Shown here piece by piece: positions 21,776 through 32,799 of a stretch of DNA of 64,000 nt. The stretch covers positions 1,376,001 to 1,440,000 of the forward strand of contig OZ253449.1 of NCBI GenBank assembly GCA_965261345.1, written 5' to 3'. Under the pieces are notes generated by a model. The model saw only the letters and a program-made list of their open reading frames with translations. It was not told the DNA's origin and ran no database searches. Positions within the stretch are counted from its first letter, which is position 1; each line of letters starts with the position of its first letter. Both the position numbers and the translations under genes were made by a program. This stretch comes from Chloroflexota bacterium (GTDB taxonomy: Bacteria; Chloroflexota; UBA11872; VXNJ01).

Positions 21776-22522
21776 ATGAGCGCAACGAGCGATGGGGCCG
21801 CAGTCAGCGTTCAGGGCCTCACATTTGGTTACGGTGCCTTAAACGTCCTCAAGCGGATTTCGCTGGAGGTGCCAGCCGGAGAGATCTTTGGGATTCTGGG
21901 CGCCAATGGGTCCGGCAAGACCACCCTAATAAGGTTGCTGGTCGGACTTTTAAAACCTGAGTCGGGCGGTGTATCGGTGCTGGGCAGGGACCCGTTTTCG
22001 AACCGCTCAACCAGCGTGGGTTACATGCCGCAGCTCAACGCGCTCTACGAGGAGCTCTCGGTTGATGAGAATCTCAACTTCTTTGCGCGTATGTATGGCA
22101 TGTCCAACAAGTCGGCTCGCCGGGACGCCGTCGAATCCGCCCTCCGATTGGTGGGTCTCCACGGCCGGCGCAGCGATACGATTCTTCACCTTAGCGGTGG
22201 CATGCGCCAGCGAGTAAGCCTGGCGATTGCCCTGGTTCATTCGCCCCGGCTGCTGTTGCTGGACGAACCGACGGTGGGGTTGGATCCCGAATTGAGATCG
22301 GGGTTCTGGGAGCACTTCAGAACAATGGCGCGCGACGGGACATCGCTAATCCTTTCCAGCCATACGATGGACGACGCAGCTCACTGTGACCGGCTGGCCT
22401 TCCTTCGCGGCGGACGATTCGTGGGCGAGGGCTCGCCCGGTGAGCTGCGCGCGGCCACCGGAAGGTCGGACGCCACCCTGGAGGATGCGTTCCTTCATTT
22501 CGTAACCGGCGGCGACCGATGA
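21776..22522 (+). CDS. ABC-2-type exporter ATP-binding subunit
   Basis: GANGSGKT, LSGGMRQR, LLLDEPT, SSH. Confidence 0.95.
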   Translation: MSATSDGAAVSVQGLTFGYGALNVLKRISLEVPAGEIFGILGANGSGKTTLIRLLVGLLKPESGGVSVLGRDPFSNRSTSVGYMPQLNALYEELSVDENLNFFARMYGMSNKSARRDAVESALRLVGLHGRRSDTILHLSGGMRQRVSLAIALVHSPRLLLLDEPTVGLDPELRSGFWEHFRTMARDGTSLILSSHTMDDAAHCDRLAFLRGGRFVGEGSPGELRAATGRSDATLEDAFLHFVTGGDR

Positions 22523-23247
22523 TGTCGGCGGACAGAACCCTGGCCATCGCAGTTCGGATACTGCGCCAGGTCAGAAGAGACCGCCGCTCCCTGGCGCTGA
22601 TCATCGTGGCGCCCATAGTGGTAATGGCGCTGGTGGGATTTAGTTTCGGCGACCAGCAGCAGGTATTGGATAGGATCGCCCCCGGTCTTATTGCCGTATT
22701 CGTGCTGTTCTTTACTTTCGTACTCACCGGTGTGAGCTTTCTTCGAGAGCGGGCGCAAGGGACGCTGGAACGGCTGCTGATCACGCCGGTAGGGCGCGCC
22801 GACATCCTGATCGGTTACACGGCTGGCTTCTTCGTCCTGGCGATGATCCAATCGGTGATCGTGGTGATGTTCACGTTGCTGGTCCTAAAGATCAACCACC
22901 AGGGAAACATCTGGGAGATCTGGGCGATACTGGTGCCGCTGATCGTGGTTGGAGTGAGTCTTGGAGTATTCATATCGACCCTTGCAAGGAATGAATTCCA
23001 GGTCGTCCAGTTCATTCCGCTCCTCTTGGCGCCGCAGATTTTCCTGTCGGGCGTGATCGCCGAGGTCGACAAGATGCCGGCCGTACTGGAGTACATTGCC
23101 TACGCTCTGCCACTAACCTACGCCGTCGATGGGCTAAAGGATGTCATGCTGGGGGGCGATTCGCTGGGCAGCTTGGGCCTCGAGCTGGGCGTCCTCGGGA
23201 TCTATGCGGTCGCGTTACTGGTTGCGGCGGCGCTGACCTTACGCTGA
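22519..23247 (+). CDS. ABC-2-type exporter permease
   Basis: About 6 hydrophobic segments, ERAQGTLERLLITP, PLTYAVDG; ATGA overlap with the ATPase gene. Confidence 0.92.
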   Translation: MMSADRTLAIAVRILRQVRRDRRSLALIIVAPIVVMALVGFSFGDQQQVLDRIAPGLIAVFVLFFTFVLTGVSFLRERAQGTLERLLITPVGRADILIGYTAGFFVLAMIQSVIVVMFTLLVLKINHQGNIWEIWAILVPLIVVGVSLGVFISTLARNEFQVVQFIPLLLAPQIFLSGVIAEVDKMPAVLEYIAYALPLTYAVDGLKDVMLGGDSLGSLGLELGVLGIYAVALLVAAALTLR

Positions 23248-23803
23248 ACATAAGGGACCGGCGGGATTCGCGTCGGTCAGCGGCGGGAAAAAGATTCGGC
23301 AAAGATTTAAAGTACCAACCGCCCCTAAGTCCTGCGGCGGCCGCCGATTGCGGGCCAGGCATGGCGGCGTGTTAGCGCCTGGGTCCGTCGCGCCTTAGAA
23401 CAAGTGGAGACAGCCTGATCATTGGCTGGCAGCGGACGGCGGTTTGGTTTGGGGTGGGTGATTTTGCCCTGCCGATCGGTCTACCTGAGCCTTTAAAACC
23501 GGGGTGGCGTATCGCCGAATCGGTCGCGAATTTTGCCCGCCTGATGACACGATTACGATCGTGCCGCCGATTCTTCGCGGGAGATTTTGTCACCCTCCAC
23601 GCGCGATTCGCGGAGGCGCTCCGGAGCGTCCGCTTCCCGGCAATTTTCACCAGAGCGGTCGTTGTTTTGAGCTGCTTGGGAACGAGATCGGCTGCCAGCG
23701 CCCGCCCGCCGCAGATTTTAAAAAATTTTGATCCTACCGAGGCTAGAATCTCGTGCGTTGACCTGATCGGGCGTTGAACTGGTCGGGGGTGGACGCGAAT
23801 TTG

Positions 23804-24773
23804 ATGATGATGGCAGAGGATCCCGGAAACGGCAGCAACTACGAGCGGGCTTACGCGGGCATCAATCCGGCGACGACTGGGCCTTTCCTTCCGCGGTGGG
23901 GCCTCGTCCTATTTGTTCGTGCTGCCTTCGATCATCTTTATCTGCACATTCATCATCATCCCCATCATCGCTGCCTTCTACTACAGCCTTACCGATTACG
24001 ACATGCTCACCGAGCCGCAATGGACCGGTGTGCAGAATTACACGACGGCCGGCAACGACCCCCGGTTCCTACCCTCGATCCGCAACACCTTAATATTCGC
24101 GATGGGAACGGTGCCGGCGGGGGTGGTTACCTCGCTGCTGCTGGCGCTCCTGGTCAACCGCGCGATCCGCGGGATCTATTTCTTCCGGGCAATGTTCTAC
24201 ATGCCGGTAGTTTCCTCGTTCGTATCCGTTTCCCTGATCTTTCTTTGGATATACGAACCGCAGGTCGGACTGGCTAACGAACTGTTGCTCACCTTAGGCC
24301 TGCCGGTGTCGAAATGGCTGCGCGGCGCCGACACTGCCATGTTCGCGATTATTTTGATGAGCATCTGGAAGAACATGGGCCTGAACATGGTCATCTATCT
24401 GGCCGGTTTGCAGGGAATTCCCCCGCACCTCTACGAAGCCGCCGATATCGACGGGGCGGGGCGGTTGCCGAAGATGGCCAAGATCACCCTCCCGATGCTG
24501 GCCCCCACAACCTACTTTGTAGTCATCGTTTATTTCATTGGAGCATTGCAGATGTTCGTGCAAGTCTTCATCATGGCCTGTGTAACGAGGTTCTAGATGG
24601 TATGCGGCGGACCCTTAGATTCGACGGTAACCATCGTCATGCTTATTTACTTGGAAGCGTTCGCGAATTTGCGCATGGGCTCGGCCGCTGCGTTCTCGTT
24701 CCTCTTGTTCGCTGTAATCGGGCTGGTGACGATCGTCAATGCCCGCCTTTTGCGCTACGAGGTCGGGTACTGA
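23804..24773 (+). pseudogene. Orphan carbohydrate ABC transporter permease with a +1 frameshift near 23898 and an in-frame TAG at 24594
   Basis: IYLAGLQGIPPHLYEAADIDGA (EAA loop), ITLPML; after the TAG the same frame continues GGPLDSTVTIVMLIY..MGSAAAFS to TGA 24773. Confidence 0.8.
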
Positions 24774-25181
24774 CCCGCTAACGCGGACCCCGCCAGGGGG
24801 CCGGCCACCTATACAAGCGAACCGGGACCGAAAGCTGTTTGGCCGGGCCAGTCAGCCTGGAGCCCAGATTGCCGTTGGTACCGGCGCCCACCCGAGCGTG
24901 AATCGGTCGGTTTGGCTTAAGCGACCCACTTTTGGGCGGCTTCACGCATCCAGATTGCCACCACCTGGCACGTCCGCGGCATCGCCTTGCTCGGCGCGGC
25001 CACTTAAGCGTTAAACCGCGAGCGGGGCGACAAATGCCTTTGGTTGCCCGAGCTTGGACCCTGAATGGGTCGATCCTCAATGTGATTGCCCGGTCTGCGG
25101 CAACTTGGGTGTCAGCCCAGCTACCCACCTGGTTTTCTTATCTGCTACCAACAGCTGCCGATGTATCGCGGACGCCCTAGT

Positions 25182-26492
25182 TCAAATCAGACCAAGCACA
25201 TCCTCAGCGACCGCGATAGTCAATTCAATGTCCTCTTCGGTGTGACTAGAGGCCACATGCCAGCGTCCATTGGAGGACAGGCGGATGCCGCGATCGAGCA
25301 TGGCCGTGCGGAATCGCTGGTACTTGACATCGTTACAGTAGCGAACGTGTTCACGATAGCTGCAAATTTCGGCGCGGGTCGTAAATGACGTTGCAAAGAC
25401 CGAGCCGAGACCGTGCACCCTAAGATCGGCGCCGGACTTCCTGGCGGCGTTGGTTAGGCCTTCGATCAATCGCTCACCGCGATCGTTTAGATCTTGATAG
25501 AACCGCGTGCTGTCGGCCATGATGTGGCTCAGGCAAGCGTGGGCAGCTTCGATCGACACCACGTTCGAATTGAAGCTGCCGCCGTGGTTTACGGTCCCAT
25601 TCCCCAGCGCCGCCATTACGTTGGGGCGTCCGAGCAGCATCGCGATCGGGAATCCGCCGGCGAGGGATTTCGCGTAGGTTGCCAGGTCCGGAACCACCCC
25701 GGTTAGCTCCTGGGCGCCACCGAGGGCTACGCGGAAACCGGTGATCACCTCATCGAATATCAGGAGTGCTCCGCTTTCGGCGCAGAGGTTCTTTACCGCC
25801 TCGAGATAGCCTTCCCGGGGCCAGATGAAGTTCGTGTTTATCAGGATTGGCTCCATGATGATGCCCGCGATTTGGCCGCGATGCCGCCTGAAAGCGAGCG
25901 CGAGCGCGTCGATGTCGTTCCATTGGCAGATGACGATGTTCTCGCTGCCGGCCGGGTCCATGCCGGCGGACTCACCGAACGGCACCGGCGCCGATTCCGG
26001 CCCTGCCCGATCCAACGGCGGGTGAAAGCTGTAACTTACCGAATCGGTCCAGCCGTGGTAGTGCCCTTCGAACTTGACGAACTTTGGACGTCCCGTGTAG
26101 CCGCGCGCCAGGCGGATTACTAGCTGGTCGATTTCAGTCCCTGAACTGGCGAAGCGCACACTTCCCTTAAGCGGGACCGCTTGCCGCACCATTTGCGCGA
26201 CTTCGAGCTCGCGCTCGAACTGACCGGTGTAGACGAGGCCATTGCGCATCGCCCGCGCCACCGCTTCGTTTAGGAATTCGGGGGCGTGGCCGAATAGGTT
26301 CGGTCCCATTCCCTGTACGTAATCGACGTATTCATTACCATCTACGTCCCACATGCGGCCGTCCTTTGCCCTGGTAAAGAACAGCGGCACCGGCAGCTCG
26401 CTTCGCCGCAGCTGGCTGGAGATGCCGCCCGCGACGAACTCCTGGGCACTTTCGAACAACTGCCGGGAGCGGGTGTATCGATCTTTCGTCAT
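25182..26492 (-). CDS. Class III PLP-dependent aminotransferase (glutamate-1-semialdehyde aminomutase-like)
   Basis: WDVDGNEYVDY, SSGTE, FEGHYHGW, FDEVITGFR, YAKSLAGGFP. Confidence 0.9.
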   Translation of the reverse strand: MTKDRYTRSRQLFESAQEFVAGGISSQLRRSELPVPLFFTRAKDGRMWDVDGNEYVDYVQGMGPNLFGHAPEFLNEAVARAMRNGLVYTGQFERELEVAQMVRQAVPLKGSVRFASSGTEIDQLVIRLARGYTGRPKFVKFEGHYHGWTDSVSYSFHPPLDRAGPESAPVPFGESAGMDPAGSENIVICQWNDIDALALAFRRHRGQIAGIIMEPILINTNFIWPREGYLEAVKNLCAESGALLIFDEVITGFRVALGGAQELTGVVPDLATYAKSLAGGFPIAMLLGRPNVMAALGNGTVNHGGSFNSNVVSIEAAHACLSHIMADSTRFYQDLNDRGERLIEGLTNAARKSGADLRVHGLGSVFATSFTTRAEICSYREHVRYCNDVKYQRFRTAMLDRGIRLSSNGRWHVASSHTEEDIELTIAVAEDVLGLI

Positions 26493-26769
26493 GGTGGTTG
26501 CTGCTCCCTTGGCCCCACCGAGGATTCCCCCGGATAGTATCCGGGCGGGTCCGGCGAAACGGCAGTTGAGCGCCAGCGGCCCGAATCGGGAAGATCATGC
26601 GGTAATTTACGGTTTGGCGGGGCGCCCTTCCGCACGGCCTTGCAACCGCCGATGGAAATTAACCGGCCCCAATCCGCAACGCGGCTTTGGCAGTTGCCGT
26701 TGGTGCTGGTTGTTTTGACATTTGCGGGCATGGGCGCCCCGCCGGTTTGGCGAATTTGCGTGCCGCCGC

Positions 26770-27270
26770 TGCCAATCCGAGTGCATGCCCTACTTTGGCC
26801 CCCATCCCGTAGTGCCGGCAGAGAGGGCCGCCGGGCCGGCCTCGAAATTCGAACCCGCGCCGCAGATTGAATTGACCCAGATCACGGTGCCCGCAGCGCC
26901 CCCGGCCAGGTGTTCGCCCGGGTGCGGCTGATCTAACAGCTGGTAGTTGAAACAGGTCAGGGGCATGTGTGGGCCCATCTCTTCCAGGGCTGCATTGATG
27001 CCCCGGGTGCGCTCGTGCCAGACCTCGCGCTGTCCGAGCACCCCGGGGCGATCGGGATCGGCGGGGGCGGCATTAATCGTCGTTGGGATTATGAACCTCC
27101 CCCGCCGCCGGCGGTTGAGCGGAGGTAACCGACCCCGAACTCGCGGAATGATTGAGCATCGGCGGCCAGGTGAGCTGGACGAACCGGGACAAACTCCTCG
27201 GCGCCGAGGAAAGCGCCGACCTTGATCTGCATCGCCAGCGCCAACTGCGCGGCTTCGCCGCCGGCGGCGG
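26770..27270 (-). pseudogene. Aconitase X catalytic-subunit (DUF521) N-terminal relic
   Basis: GEAAQLALAMQIKVGAFLGAEEFVPV..AH, PTTIN, TCFNYQ..PHPGEHLA, NSICGAGSNFEAGPAALSA across frameshifts. Confidence 0.7.
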
Positions 27271-27559
27271 CCTGCACCGCCCGTTCGATCGGAATGGAGC
27301 CGTATCGAGGTCACGGTTCGGTTGTCTTGTTAAGTCCTGTCCGGGCGTCAATCGTTCGGGCCAATAGATAGTGCCAGCCCCGCCGCGGCCGGAAGTGCCC
27401 CGAAGCGTCGGTGAAATTACGAGGTTGCCGAGCGCTGCCAACAGCCCTCCGACGTTCGCAGACCGCCGCTGGGTACCGGCTTGCCGGAGGGTCTTATCCG
27501 GTGCCGCTGGCCGGTCCACCCACCATGGGAACGAGGTGCAGTGGTAATTGACCCGACGG

Positions 27560-27880
27560 CGGGGTGGCGGCGCGACTGGTTCGGGCGCCGCAATCTGCTG
27601 GCCGCCGCAGAATTGATCGGAGCGGCGCTGCTGTTCTGGCGGGCTCAATTTTTGTCCGTTCTGCTGATCGCCTCCACCCCGCAGTCTTTCCCACGAGCGT
27701 CCCACATGACATTGATCACGGCAATATCTCGGGCGAGCTCGACCCGCCCAAAGAGACTCCCGTGGTCTCAATGTCGGACACAGGTATGTTCTCCTTCGGC
27801 ATGCTCATCGGGGCTTTGATGGGAGGGTTGCCGTGGCGGCGGGCCACTGCATCGCGTTCCAGTTTTCCGAATTACTTTTC
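27560..27880 (+). pseudogene. Degraded C-terminal copy of the neighbouring MFS gene
   Basis: DWFGRRNLL..IGAALLFW..TLITAI / FSFGMLIGALMGG aligns with DRFGRRNLL..IGAALLFW..TLITAI..FSVGMVCGALGGG of 28100..29299. Confidence 0.75.
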
Positions 27881-28099
27881 GCAACTGGCGTCAGCAGCGC
27901 CTTTGTGTTTCCCCGACGAACGCTGCCGGTTTGACCTGCCGATGCCCAGTGCCGGCTCATGCGAATGGGCCCGAAATCGCGGTTCGCGGCCACCGCGGGG
28001 ACGCTCCGATTCGGTTGACGCTCCCGCTCCGGCCTGATTGGTCGGCGCCAAGTTTCCCGGGATGTCTAGTAATTCCTTTTCAGTCGCTCGGGTAGCGGC

Positions 28100-29299
28100 G
28101 TGGTAACGCGCGAGGGCGGGATGCCGGCGTCGGGAAGCCGCTTGGCCGGCCGGCCGTTCATCACCCTGCACGTGTGTTTTGCGCTCTCGGCGGGCGGTTG
28201 GTTGCCGGTGTTCACCCTGCTGGCACTGTTGATGCGCGACAACCTTGGAGCGGGCGTGATTGGGGCAGTGACCACCGTGCTGATCATTCAGGTCATCGCC
28301 ACCGGAATGAGCCTTTATGCAGGGACGTTTGCGGGCCGCTGGGGAAGCCGCCGGACTTATCTGGTGGGAACCGTCGGAATGGCCATCTTCGCGGGCCTGC
28401 TCGGTATTGCCAACGAGGGCTGGCAGGTAATCGCCCTGGCGCCGCTGGCGGGATTGGTGGTGCCGTTTCACTGGACCGGCACAACCGCCTACCTTCTTCA
28501 GGCGGTCAGCGCCCCGCGGCGCGGGTTCGCCATGGGAATCAATGCGCTGGTGATGGTCGCAGCGCCCGGCCTGGTCGGTCCGCTGCTAACGACCTTGGGT
28601 TCTGAATTCGGGCTCGGCGCGACGATCTTGGGCGGCAGCGCCTTTCTGGTGGCGTCCGGTCTGGCGATCTGGCTGCTGCTGCCGGAATTGCCAGCGCCTC
28701 CGGTAACTGGCCGACGTCCGTCGTTTGCCGATTACCCGCGCCTGCTTTCGAATCGAGCCAACCTTATTGCCGCGGCGGCGAGACTGACGATGGGCCTTTC
28801 ATTTGGTGTTTTTCAGCTGCTCTCGGCGCTGGTGATCGTGGACTTGACCGACAGTCTGGCGGCGGTTGGTTTCTACCTGTCGGCGGGGGCCATCGGCGGC
28901 GGCCTGTCACAGATGCTGGTTGGAGCTGCTTCTGATCGCTTCGGGCGGCGCAACTTGCTCATCCTGGCCAAGCTGGTGGGGATCGGCGCCGCATTGTTGT
29001 TTTGGCAAACACCGAGTCTGCTGCTCTTACTGGTGGGAGCCACGATGCACTGGTTCGCGCAGAGCGCCTACCAGACGCTGATCACGGCCATCTGCGGCGA
29101 CTTGGTCGCGACTCGTGACCTGCCGACGTTGTCCGGCCTCCACACAAGCTCCTTTTCGGTCGGGATGGTGTGCGGAGCACTCGGCGGCGGACTGCTCTGG
29201 CAGTTTGGTCCCGGTTTGCCGTTCCTGATGGCGGCATTCTGCCTGGCACCGGCGGCAGGCGCCCTGCTGCTGCTGCCACAGCGAACTCTGCGGATCTGA
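28100..29299 (+). CDS. MFS transporter
   Basis: About 12 hydrophobic segments, AGRWGSRR and SDRFGRR motif A. Confidence 0.9.
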   Translation: MVTREGGMPASGSRLAGRPFITLHVCFALSAGGWLPVFTLLALLMRDNLGAGVIGAVTTVLIIQVIATGMSLYAGTFAGRWGSRRTYLVGTVGMAIFAGLLGIANEGWQVIALAPLAGLVVPFHWTGTTAYLLQAVSAPRRGFAMGINALVMVAAPGLVGPLLTTLGSEFGLGATILGGSAFLVASGLAIWLLLPELPAPPVTGRRPSFADYPRLLSNRANLIAAAARLTMGLSFGVFQLLSALVIVDLTDSLAAVGFYLSAGAIGGGLSQMLVGAASDRFGRRNLLILAKLVGIGAALLFWQTPSLLLLLVGATMHWFAQSAYQTLITAICGDLVATRDLPTLSGLHTSSFSVGMVCGALGGGLLWQFGPGLPFLMAAFCLAPAAGALLLLPQRTLRI

Positions 29300-29448
29300 G
29301 CGGCAGTGGCCGGTATATATTTGCGGCGCTTGGCGCTTCCATTTCCCCCGTGCCGGCGGGTCCCGTCGCCGGTCGGTTCACCTAACGGTTATCTACCGGC
29401 TCTTCGCCGCCGCTACGCGCCCGCCCGTTATAGATCGGATTTGGCAAC

Positions 29449-30651
29449 TTGAAGCTGGTTGCGGTCCGGAGCCAGACTGATCGCGGCGCGCTGCGCACGC
29501 TGCTGCTGCTGCTGCCGATTTCATTCCTGGCCGCCGGCGGCTGGGCGACGACGATGTCCTTTTTGTCAAGCTTTGCGGCCACCGAATTCGATGTGGGGAT
29601 CCTCTCGGCCGCCCTGATCATGATCGCCGTGCATGCCGGATCTTTCATTGCCGGTGGAGCGCTGGCGCTGCAGGTCATCAACCGCTGGGGATCCAAGGCC
29701 GCCTACACATCGGGGATGGGGATCATGGCTGTGTACTTGGCGATCCTGGGATTGACCCAGAACCTGATCCTGGGAATCCCCTTCGGCCTACTGGGTGGGT
29801 TGGGGCTGGCCATGCATTGGACCGGATTTCAGAACTACGTATTGGAGATCGCCCCACCCAATCACCGCGGCCTGGTTTCCGGGGTGGCCTCCTTCATCCT
29901 CATCGGCTCGGTCGGAGTGACCGGACTGGTGCTCGGGTTCGTCACCGGCGACGGCGGGTTTGCACGCTTCGTGGCGATTTCCGGAACGATGGTCGGCGTC
30001 GCTTTCGTGCTCGCAATTGCGTTTTTGCCCAACCTGGGCGTCAGCGCGGGCAAGCGTCCGCCCGGGAATGTGTTCGCGGGTCTTCGCGATCGCAATCTGC
30101 GACAAATGACGTATGTGCGTTCGGCCCAGGCCGCCGCCTACGCGTTGTTTAACCTGATGGCCGGTCCGCGGTTGTACGAGGTCGGCGGCGGTCTCGAGTT
30201 CGTGGGACTGCTCGCCTTTGCCGGATCGATGGCCGGCGGGGTCGCGCAGCTGGTGGTCGGCCGCCTCTCGGACGTTCTGGGGCGCACCGGTCTGCTTTTT
30301 CTCCTGCTGGCGCTGACCATACTTTCTTGCGTGAGCTTCATCATGCTGGACAACGTCTACCTGTTGTTGCTGGTAACTTCGCTACATTGGTTCGCCCAGA
30401 TGGGCTTCCAGACCGTACTGGTGCCGTTGGGTGGCGACCTTTCGCCGCCGGGCCGCAGCGCCAATGCTATGGCCCTGCAGACGGTGGCGTTTTCGTTCGG
30501 CCTGGTAGGCGGGGCCCTCTACGTGGGCCTGTTTTCAGCATCGCCCTGGCCCGACGCCGGCTTCCTGGTTACCGCCGCGCTCCTCGCCCTGGCGGTACCG
30601 GCAGTGTTCAAGCTCAGAGCCGCGGTGGCCCTGATGGCGCCGGCGCCGTGA
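29449..30651 (+). CDS. MFS transporter (paralog)
   Basis: About 12 hydrophobic segments, INRWGSK, GRLSDVLGR; shares HWTG and HWFAQ with the upstream MFS. Confidence 0.9.
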   Translation: MKLVAVRSQTDRGALRTLLLLLPISFLAAGGWATTMSFLSSFAATEFDVGILSAALIMIAVHAGSFIAGGALALQVINRWGSKAAYTSGMGIMAVYLAILGLTQNLILGIPFGLLGGLGLAMHWTGFQNYVLEIAPPNHRGLVSGVASFILIGSVGVTGLVLGFVTGDGGFARFVAISGTMVGVAFVLAIAFLPNLGVSAGKRPPGNVFAGLRDRNLRQMTYVRSAQAAAYALFNLMAGPRLYEVGGGLEFVGLLAFAGSMAGGVAQLVVGRLSDVLGRTGLLFLLLALTILSCVSFIMLDNVYLLLLVTSLHWFAQMGFQTVLVPLGGDLSPPGRSANAMALQTVAFSFGLVGGALYVGLFSASPWPDAGFLVTAALLALAVPAVFKLRAAVALMAPAP

Positions 30652-31011
30652 TCGCTACCATCCGTAGGCGCCTGCTTAACGCCTGCGCCCACCCACCGAT
30701 CGTAGGAATTCCGTTGGCGCGCGGTCTTTGTGAGAATGACTTTCCGGGTTTGGTCGGGACGGGTGCCGCCGGCTAGGGCCTGACGCTGGGTGCCGCGATC
30801 GCCGTAACGGCGATCGGCACCGGATGCGTCTTCTTCTACCCGGCGCAGCGATACCGCTGGACCGCCGCCGGACTGGCCGTCGATGGAGTCTTCTTCCTGG
30901 TTTCCAATCCGACTGCAGAGGAACTTGCGGTCGGCCACGTCCATCGGCAGCTGCACCAGGACCGGGCCCGTTGGGCACATCCTGATGTGCCCGCACTAAT
31001 CGATGCAGGCC

Positions 31012-32517
31012 CTACTTTCCCGGCGAATACCTGGCGTCCCGCTCAAACGGATACAGGGGACGGCGCCGGGATTGGTAATCAAAAGATGAGAGGTCCGCGG
31101 TGGTGACCCCGGGCGTGTTGACCAGGATGATGCTCGACGCGATGGGCTGGTAGGCGGGCCGGGGAGAGACGACTCCCTTGGCGACCACCACCCGAAATCT
31201 TTCCGGCCACACGCCCACCGAATACATCTGCTCGCGCGAGGTGTTGCCGTGCCGGTTGCTGGTGAGCACCAGCGTGTGGTGATCAGATGTCTCCAGAACC
31301 GCGGTTTTACCGGCATCAAAGAATCGATAGCCGCCGTGGGTGGGACGGGCGTCCTCGTACCTGCCGTCGGAAAGCCTGCTGACCCGGCCTTCGACTCGAA
31401 CCGGCGACCCGTGAAGGTCGTCAGTTTTGGCGCCGACCAAGATGTTGAGCGTGCCGCCAACGCCGGCCGTCACACACTTTTGCACCGCTTCTGGATCGTA
31501 GAGGGATTGCAACAGACCGGATATGCCCATCCGTTGGGCCTGGCTCAGGATTACGGTCGAATCTGCCGAGGACCCGCCGCCGATGTTGTCGCCGACATCC
31601 ATTAGCACCACCGGCCCGGCTGGCGGGTTGGCGTCATATCGCGCCAAGGCCATCTCCAGTGCCTTCCTTGCGCCCGGCACTTCCACGTTCATCTCGGACC
31701 GGCGGGCAAAGGCGCGCGTTGCCATCCAGCGGGAACGCGAACGGGCCAAGTCGAGGTCCCCGTCGGCAATGGCGAGGAACGACATGCCCATCTCTTCCAC
31801 ATCGGCATAGGGGTACCCTTCTGCTATCGATGTGGAGAGCATCCCCGGCTCTGATTGGACCCGAAGCGAGTCCTCCACCAGAGATTTCATCGGTTCTTCG
31901 CCGGTGAACTGTTTAACGATGTTGACCACCATTGGCGGGATTTCGAGCCACTGCTGCGGACGGATCTGGCCCCCGGCGGTTCGAAAGATCATCTCGGCGC
32001 ATTCGAACGCGCGCCCGCGAGCATCAAGGTGCGGATTTGTGCGGTAAATGGTAACTGCGGTCGTGTGTCGGATCATCTGCGGCGAGATATTGCCGTGCAT
32101 ATCCAGGCCCATGCCAATCGGCATGGATGGACCGACCAATTCCCGTACGCGCCTGGCAACTTCGCCGTCGGCATCCCGATATTCCTCGGAGACGGCGGCG
32201 CCATGGTTGGCCAAGAGCACGCCGTCCCATGGGCCGTTATCCCGCAGCAGGCTGATCATCTCAGCGGTTATCTGGTCGAAAGCGCTCTTGGTGATCACGC
32301 CGATGGGGCCGGCCCGGGCGTGGAGCAAAGGCACCCCGTCAAACCCCAGGTCTTGGGCGGCCTGCAGAAAGCCCGCGATGGTGGCCTCAGAATTGCCAAA
32401 TTCCTCCACGATCTCGGCGCCGCGCAGGACCCCCTCCTCTTCGAACCGGGCGTAGTCGGCCGGCACCGATGAGAAGGTGTTGGTCTCGTGCGAAATCCCG
32501 AGGATGGCAAACCTCAT
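31012..32517 (-). CDS. M81-family metallopeptidase (MlrC-like)
   Basis: ISHETNTFS, LANHGAAV, LDMHGN, YRTNPHLD, DVGDNIGGG. Confidence 0.9.
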   Translation of the reverse strand: MRFAILGISHETNTFSSVPADYARFEEEGVLRGAEIVEEFGNSEATIAGFLQAAQDLGFDGVPLLHARAGPIGVITKSAFDQITAEMISLLRDNGPWDGVLLANHGAAVSEEYRDADGEVARRVRELVGPSMPIGMGLDMHGNISPQMIRHTTAVTIYRTNPHLDARGRAFECAEMIFRTAGGQIRPQQWLEIPPMVVNIVKQFTGEEPMKSLVEDSLRVQSEPGMLSTSIAEGYPYADVEEMGMSFLAIADGDLDLARSRSRWMATRAFARRSEMNVEVPGARKALEMALARYDANPPAGPVVLMDVGDNIGGGSSADSTVILSQAQRMGISGLLQSLYDPEAVQKCVTAGVGGTLNILVGAKTDDLHGSPVRVEGRVSRLSDGRYEDARPTHGGYRFFDAGKTAVLETSDHHTLVLTSNRHGNTSREQMYSVGVWPERFRVVVAKGVVSPRPAYQPIASSIILVNTPGVTTADLSSFDYQSRRRPLYPFERDARYSPGK

Positions 32518-32799
32518 CCGCTGTCCCTTCTTCGGCGACCATATGGTGTGATTTTCTCCGAACGACATCGCTGAATTGATTGGTCTCTACCGCCTGGGGC
32601 AATTCTCAATATCCAAAGCCCATCCGCGATTGACCACAAGATATGGATTTCTTGCAACCGATATTGCCCGTTTGCAACAATGTATAGTTAGCGCTTGCTA
32701 GGAGCGATGAGCCAAGCAAATGCCATTGTTCTCGGCGGCACGTTTGAAAAATGTGCATTAAAACGCGCCGTTAATTTAATCGGCCGGTTGTAACAGATC

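Noticed and set aside
25182-26492. Calling this gene hemL
   Set aside because: No tetrapyrrole genes nearby and the context is catabolic, so only the family is supported
30900-31000. GPVLVQLPMDVA resembling a thiamine-diphosphate enzyme segment
   Set aside because: Only about 12 residues with no supporting flanking similarity
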